A DNA stretch of 20,624 nucleotides, from NCBI GenBank assembly GCA_018238155.1, contig JABCTZ010000005.1:1-20624 (forward strand), given 5' to 3'. The stretch's first letter is position 1; every line of letters starts with the position of its first letter. A model generated the notes under the pieces. The model made no database searches. It had not been told where the DNA came from and was given only the letters and a program-made list of their open reading frames with translations. Shown here piece after piece: positions 16,128 through 20,624 of the stretch. Source of the stretch: Candidatus Heimdallarchaeota archaeon (GTDB taxonomy: Archaea; Asgardarchaeota; Heimdallarchaeia; JABLTI01). Both the position numbers and the translations under genes were made by a program.

Positions 16128-17318
16128 ATGCTTAATCACAGATATTTAACTCAATATAAAGATCCAGAGAGCTTTGTGGAGGGTGCTGTTGAATTTATTC
16201 AAAAGCATGTTAAAGATAAGAGAGTTTTTTGTGCTCTATCAGGAGGAATAGATAGTTCAGCTGCTTACCTTCTTTTGAAGAAAGCGGGTGTAGATGTCTT
16301 ACCGGTATTCATAGATCACGGACTTATGCGAATTATTCGTGGAAAAGAGGAACGAGTATGGATTGAAGAAACTTTTCCAGATGTAAAAGTAGTTGATATT
16401 CGTGATGAATTTCTCCCACAAATTTATGGAGAAGGTGATGCTGAGAAAAAAAGGAAATTATTCAAAAAGGCATATTCAAGCACTTTTGATAAAATTATCC
16501 GAGAAGAGAACTGTCAGTTATTAACAGATGGAACGATTTTACCTGATCTTGAGGAAAGCTTTGGTGTTGAAATTACTGAACTCAATGAAAGTATGTCCTT
16601 TGATGATGAAAAAACACTTCGAGAAGCTCAAAAAGGACTAGGTTTTGTGAAAAGTCAACATAATGTGGAAATTGAATATGATGTTGAAGCCACTGTTCAA
16701 CCTGTTGCTTCTTTAACAAAAAACCAAGTTAGAGAAGTGCTCCAGTACTTAGATATGCCTCACGATGTTGTCTTTCGGAAAGCATTCCCAGGTCCAGCAT
16801 TAGCTGCTCGCATTGTTGGTCCAGTCACAGAGGAGAAATTAATTTTCCAAAAGAAAATACATGACATTGTTGAATCTGCAGTTGATGACTTTTACATCAC
16901 AAAACATGGCAAATCAATGATCATCAATGAAAAAGGGGAACAAGAGCCTTTCCAAGTTTTTGCAGCAACTTTTGAAGATGCAACAAATGCTGAAGTCACT
17001 GGATTAAAAGATGGTAGACGAACATATGATAAAGCCAAATGTGTTTCCGGTGAATGGAATCTTGATCAACTCGTGAAAGATGGTTTAACCTTAACTAACT
17101 ACACCAGGTTATTCTATCAGTTAGGTGAAAATAAAGAAGGAAAATTTGATGCTGTTATACGGTGCATAAATAGTATAGATGCCCGAACCGCGAATATCAC
17201 CAACCTACCATATGAATTACTCCAAGAGATAAGTAGTAAACTATTGAAAGTGCCCAATGTTCGACGAGTTTACTTTGATGTAACAACAAAACCACCTAGC
17301 ACAATTGAATATGTATAA
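16128..17318 (+). CDS. guaAB: GMP synthase, ATP-pyrophosphatase subunit B (no GATase domain)
   Basis: ALSGGIDSS PP-loop, FIDHGLMR, AEKKRK, GTILPD, VKSQHNV, FPGPALAARI, YFDVTTKPPSTIEY. Confidence 0.93.
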   Translation: MLNHRYLTQYKDPESFVEGAVEFIQKHVKDKRVFCALSGGIDSSAAYLLLKKAGVDVLPVFIDHGLMRIIRGKEERVWIEETFPDVKVVDIRDEFLPQIYGEGDAEKKRKLFKKAYSSTFDKIIREENCQLLTDGTILPDLEESFGVEITELNESMSFDDEKTLREAQKGLGFVKSQHNVEIEYDVEATVQPVASLTKNQVREVLQYLDMPHDVVFRKAFPGPALAARIVGPVTEEKLIFQKKIHDIVESAVDDFYITKHGKSMIINEKGEQEPFQVFAATFEDATNAEVTGLKDGRRTYDKAKCVSGEWNLDQLVKDGLTLTNYTRLFYQLGENKEGKFDAVIRCINSIDARTANITNLPYELLQEISSKLLKVPNVRRVYFDVTTKPPSTIEYV

Positions 17319-17345
17319 ATAAAAAAAGCCTAGGATGGATTAATC

Positions 17346-18188
17346 CTAGCATCTTCTTTTCTTTTTCTTCTTTGAATACAAAATACTGGCAAAGGTCATT
17401 GAAATTATTCCAACGATAATTGGAAATATTTGTACAGGTGTGGTAGCAGTGCAAGCAATTCTTAATACATTATAATCGAAATCACCATCAGCTTCTCTTA
17501 TTTGTGTATAAGTTGTTGTTGCTGCAGCACTATCGTCTTTATAAAAGAAGAAGATTTCAATATCATCATTAAGTGCTAAAGCAGGATCTCGTCCATCAGT
17601 ATCTCCAGAATTTAATGGAAATTCGAGTTCGTATTCATCATAGGTTATTTCCGGATGGACTTTTCCCAAACTATCTTCTGAAGCAGTAGCTATACTAATG
17701 TCTTCATCCCAATTGAGAGCAGCAATATCTTTTGTAAAACCATCAACAGAATGATTGTTGTGTGAATAGAGATATTTTATATCTTGATCTTTGCCATATC
17801 CCCAACCTTCATCGTATTTTCGAACTAGTGGTTCAGCAGTATTTGTTTTCAATATAATAGCTAGCTGGTCATCAGCTTCACCTTCATCTGTATCAGGAAT
17901 TGTAACTCCAAAAATCAAGTTGTTTTCTTCAGTATACAAAGTCATAACTTTGATGATAATTGTATCAGCTTGATTAACTAAATTATAGAGTGTGATATTA
18001 TAAGTAATAGCAGGTGACCATTCGGCAGTGCCTAAGTGACCATCTATCACAGGTGGACTAGGGTGATAGCAAGTAAATATTAAGTCTTTTTTTACAGGAG
18101 CTTGTACAATTGCAGTGGGAATTATACATATGAAAATTAAGCTAATAATGATTCCAAATATAGTTGATCTTCTTAAAAAATGTTTCAA
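17346..18188 (-). CDS. Secreted CBM9/DOMON-like domain protein with C-terminal sorting signal
   Basis: Signal peptide; PPVIDGHLGTAEW (CBM9-like start), YELEFPL; C-terminal TP + TM helix + KKKKKRR; GGAGG RBS before the TTG. Confidence 0.75.
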   Translation of the reverse strand: MKHFLRRSTIFGIIISLIFICIIPTAIVQAPVKKDLIFTCYHPSPPVIDGHLGTAEWSPAITYNITLYNLVNQADTIIIKVMTLYTEENNLIFGVTIPDTDEGEADDQLAIILKTNTAEPLVRKYDEGWGYGKDQDIKYLYSHNNHSVDGFTKDIAALNWDEDISIATASEDSLGKVHPEITYDEYELEFPLNSGDTDGRDPALALNDDIEIFFFYKDDSAAATTTYTQIREADGDFDYNVLRIACTATTPVQIFPIIVGIISMTFASILYSKKKKKRRC

Positions 18189-18291
18189 TATTCTTCCTCC
18201 AATGAATTGTTAGTATAAAATGTTCTTTTTTATTAAATAACTAGTGGAGATGAATTATACGCTTCTTACAAGTTTAGTTTACAATATGAAA

Positions 18292-18306
18292 TAAAGACTT
18301 TATAAC
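18292..18306 (+). promoter_or_regulatory. Putative BRE/TATA promoter of the DUF362 gene
   Basis: TAAAGACTTTATAAC ~50 nt upstream of the ATG at 18353. Confidence 0.45.
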
Positions 18307-18352
18307 TTAGCAATAGTAGTTATTTCTTACAAATTAAAAACGTGTGAATTAG

Positions 18353-19243
18353 ATGACAAAAATTGCTGTTGTAGTTACAAAAGACAGAACATTTGGTGTG
18401 AATAAATCTATTGAATTATTAGAAATAAATCCTGTTAAAGGCAAAGAAGTAATTTTTAAACCGAATTTTAACACTGCGGATCCTCCTCCAGCTTCAACAT
18501 CAATGGAAACCTTCAAAGCTCTCGCACTCAAACTAAAAGAAATGGGCGCAAAAAAAATAACTGTTGCTGAAAGAAGTGGTCCGGCAAATACAGAAGAAGT
18601 CTTTAAAGAAAAAGGACTCTACAAATTAGCTGAAGAAATGGATTTCAAAATTATTAACCTAGCAACTGCACCAGAAGATGAATATGTTTTAAAGAAACCC
18701 GAAGGAAGTCACTGGAAAGACGGTTTTCTTTTCGCAAAGATTTTCGATGATGCAGAATGCATTGTTGAAACATGTTGTTTGAAAACACATCAATATGGCG
18801 GGCATTTTACACTTACAATGAAGAACGCTGTTGGACTTGTTCCTCGAGATAATTACCAATACATGAAAGAATTGCACTCTTCTAAACACCAGAGAAAAAT
18901 GATTGCTGAAATTAATAGTGTGTATAAAGCCGACTTAATCGTTATAGATGGAATAGTGACATTCATTGATGGTGGACCAATGGAAGGAACACGAAAAGAA
19001 GCCAATGTTTTCCTTGCAGGAACAGACAAGATAGCACTAGATGCTGTTGGGGTAGCAATTCTAAGATTACTTGGAACAACTCCGGAAGTGATGAACGGAG
19101 CAATCTTTAATCAAGAACAAATTAAAAGAGCAGTTGAATTAGGAATAGGTATTTCATCACCTAAAGAAATAGAATTTCTAACAGATTCCGAAGAAAGTTT
19201 AGTACTAGTTGATCAAATAAAAGCTAAATTGTCTGAAAAGTGA
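18353..19243 (+). CDS. DUF362 family protein (LarA-like superfamily, putative Fe-S)
   Basis: IFKPNFN, TVAERSG, LKTHQYGGHFTLTMKNAVGLV, IVIDG, DKIALDAVG. Confidence 0.9.
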   Translation: MTKIAVVVTKDRTFGVNKSIELLEINPVKGKEVIFKPNFNTADPPPASTSMETFKALALKLKEMGAKKITVAERSGPANTEEVFKEKGLYKLAEEMDFKIINLATAPEDEYVLKKPEGSHWKDGFLFAKIFDDAECIVETCCLKTHQYGGHFTLTMKNAVGLVPRDNYQYMKELHSSKHQRKMIAEINSVYKADLIVIDGIVTFIDGGPMEGTRKEANVFLAGTDKIALDAVGVAILRLLGTTPEVMNGAIFNQEQIKRAVELGIGISSPKEIEFLTDSEESLVLVDQIKAKLSEK

Positions 19244-19704
19244 GTCATGATTTTTCTTCACTTTTCATTTTTCTTATCAATAAACGCTTTGACATCTTTT
19301 GGTCTCTGGAGAATTAAACAATCGCCAATATCAAGAGTTTGTTTTATCTCTTCTATTGTTCCTTGAATTTTCTATAACTCGAATTAGTTAACCAATATTT
19401 TTGTGAAAACTTTTTCTAAGGAGAAAACTTAAACGAGTAAGAAAAACTTTTCTCTAACCAAACAAAGAATTATCACTTGAAGCTTCTCTCAAAAAAGTAT
19501 TGGAAAAATGATTCAAATGGTTGGGAATGAAGATACGCAATAATTACTCAAGAAAACAAGCTTCTGCTTATACATCTCAAAAAAAGGATAGTATTTTGTA
19601 AGAAAAAGTTTCTTTCGCATTATTTGGTTCTATAAAACTACTTTTTCAAAATAAAAATAGTAAGGTGAGAAATTCACCGTACTAATGCTAAGCATTCATT
19701 TCTC

Positions 19705-20622
19705 TTACCAACCAAATCCTCCACTACCAGGATAATCAGAGGGATCATTAGGGTCAGTGCCATTGGTCACTTCTGTGAGGTCACTATAGCCATCGTTATC
19801 ACTGTCAGAATCTTGCGGATCAGTATTGTACGGATTGACTTCAAGACCATCTAATAGCCCGTCATTATCCATATCATTATCGAGTGGGTCATAGTTGTGA
19901 CTCTTCTCATAACCGTCGGATAAACCATCGTTATCAACGTCATAATCTTTGATATTTGCATAAGCAGAAGAGGAGGATAGACCATAGGTATTAACCCACC
20001 AAGAATATTCAGCACTATCACTTATGCCGTCATTGTCTGTGTCAGAATCTGTTGGATTGGTTTCAGAAGTGAAGATTTCAAAATAGTCTGACCAACCGCC
20101 GTTATCCGTGTCACTATTTGTAAGACTGGTGCCATAGGTAAAAGCTTCTAAGCGATCATTTAACCCATCGCCATCGGTATCGCTGACAAGGGGGTTTCCT
20201 CCATAGAGGTATTCATCGATGTTCTTGAGGTTATCACCATCTACATCGGTTAATCCATCACTATCACTCGTGGGATCAAGTGAGTAGGTTACTTCCCAAC
20301 CATCCGGCATGCCATCATTATCGGTATCGGAATCTCGAGGATTTGTTCCAAGTGAATACTCTGAAATATTGGTTAAGCCGTCGTTATCAGGATCGTTCGC
20401 AGCATCATCCGCAAGTGGATTTAGATTATTGATTATTTCAAAAACATCATCCATTCCGTCATTATCTGTGTCAGTATCTATTGGATTTATACCATACGTA
20501 TGCACTTCATCACCATCGTTGATACCATCAAGATCAGAATCTGGTGCAGTAGGATCAGAAAGATATGTATTTACTTCGTCTCCATCTATCAACCCATCTC
20601 CATCAGTATCAGCATTTAGTGG
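19705..20622 (-). CDS. 5'-truncated protein made of DxDxDG calcium-binding (thrombospondin type 3-like) repeats
   Basis: About 13 repeats of DTDNDGLxDxxE...T(N/D)P. The frame stays open to the window edge (PLNADTDGDGLIDG), so the TTG at 20592 is an internal Leu. Confidence 0.9.
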   Translation of the reverse strand, partial: PLNADTDGDGLIDGDEVNTYLSDPTAPDSDLDGINDGDEVHTYGINPIDTDTDNDGMDDVFEIINNLNPLADDAANDPDNDGLTNISEYSLGTNPRDSDTDNDGMPDGWEVTYSLDPTSDSDGLTDVDGDNLKNIDEYLYGGNPLVSDTDGDGLNDRLEAFTYGTSLTNSDTDNGGWSDYFEIFTSETNPTDSDTDNDGISDSAEYSWWVNTYGLSSSSAYANIKDYDVDNDGLSDGYEKSHNYDPLDNDMDNDGLLDGLEVNPYNTDPQDSDSDNDGYSDLTEVTNGTDPNDPSDYPGSGGFGW

Positions 20623-20624
20623 AT

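Noticed and set aside
17791-18889. Three short ORFs (60, 60 and 66 aa)
   Set aside because: Antisense to well-supported genes.
19664-19678. GGTGA-N5-TCACC hairpin as a terminator or operator
   Set aside because: Only a 5-bp stem; insufficient support.
1-20624. tRNA/rRNA genes, transposase, integrase or viral hallmark genes
   Set aside because: No GC-rich structured RNA segment and no mobile-element protein motifs were seen.

Overview
AT-rich archaeal genomic window, most likely from an Asgard archaeon (Heimdallarchaeia-like). This is inferred from archaeal TATA/BRE promoters, a stand-alone GMP synthase B subunit, a RING-finger gene, a uDENN/longin-like gene and secreted proteins with C-terminal TM + basic-tail sorting signals. 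Recognisable genes: GH18 glycoside hydrolase, HtrA-like S1C protease, MFS transporter, GMP synthase subunit B, DUF362 protein, a DUF4140/DUF4139 protein split over two in-frame ORFs, a DxDxDG Ca-binding repeat protein running off the right edge, a decayed subtilase, and several orphan membrane proteins. The strongest candidate for an undescribed system is the three-gene minus-strand cluster at 11174-14161. Its first gene encodes a signal-peptide-bearing protein with a caspase/CHAT-like His-Cys dyad domain, a Gly/Ser linker and a very hydrophobic C-terminal domain. Two paralogous polytopic membrane proteins follow it, suggesting an auto-processed toxin plus immunity pair or a protease-gated membrane complex. 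All family calls come from motif recognition by eye; no searches were run.
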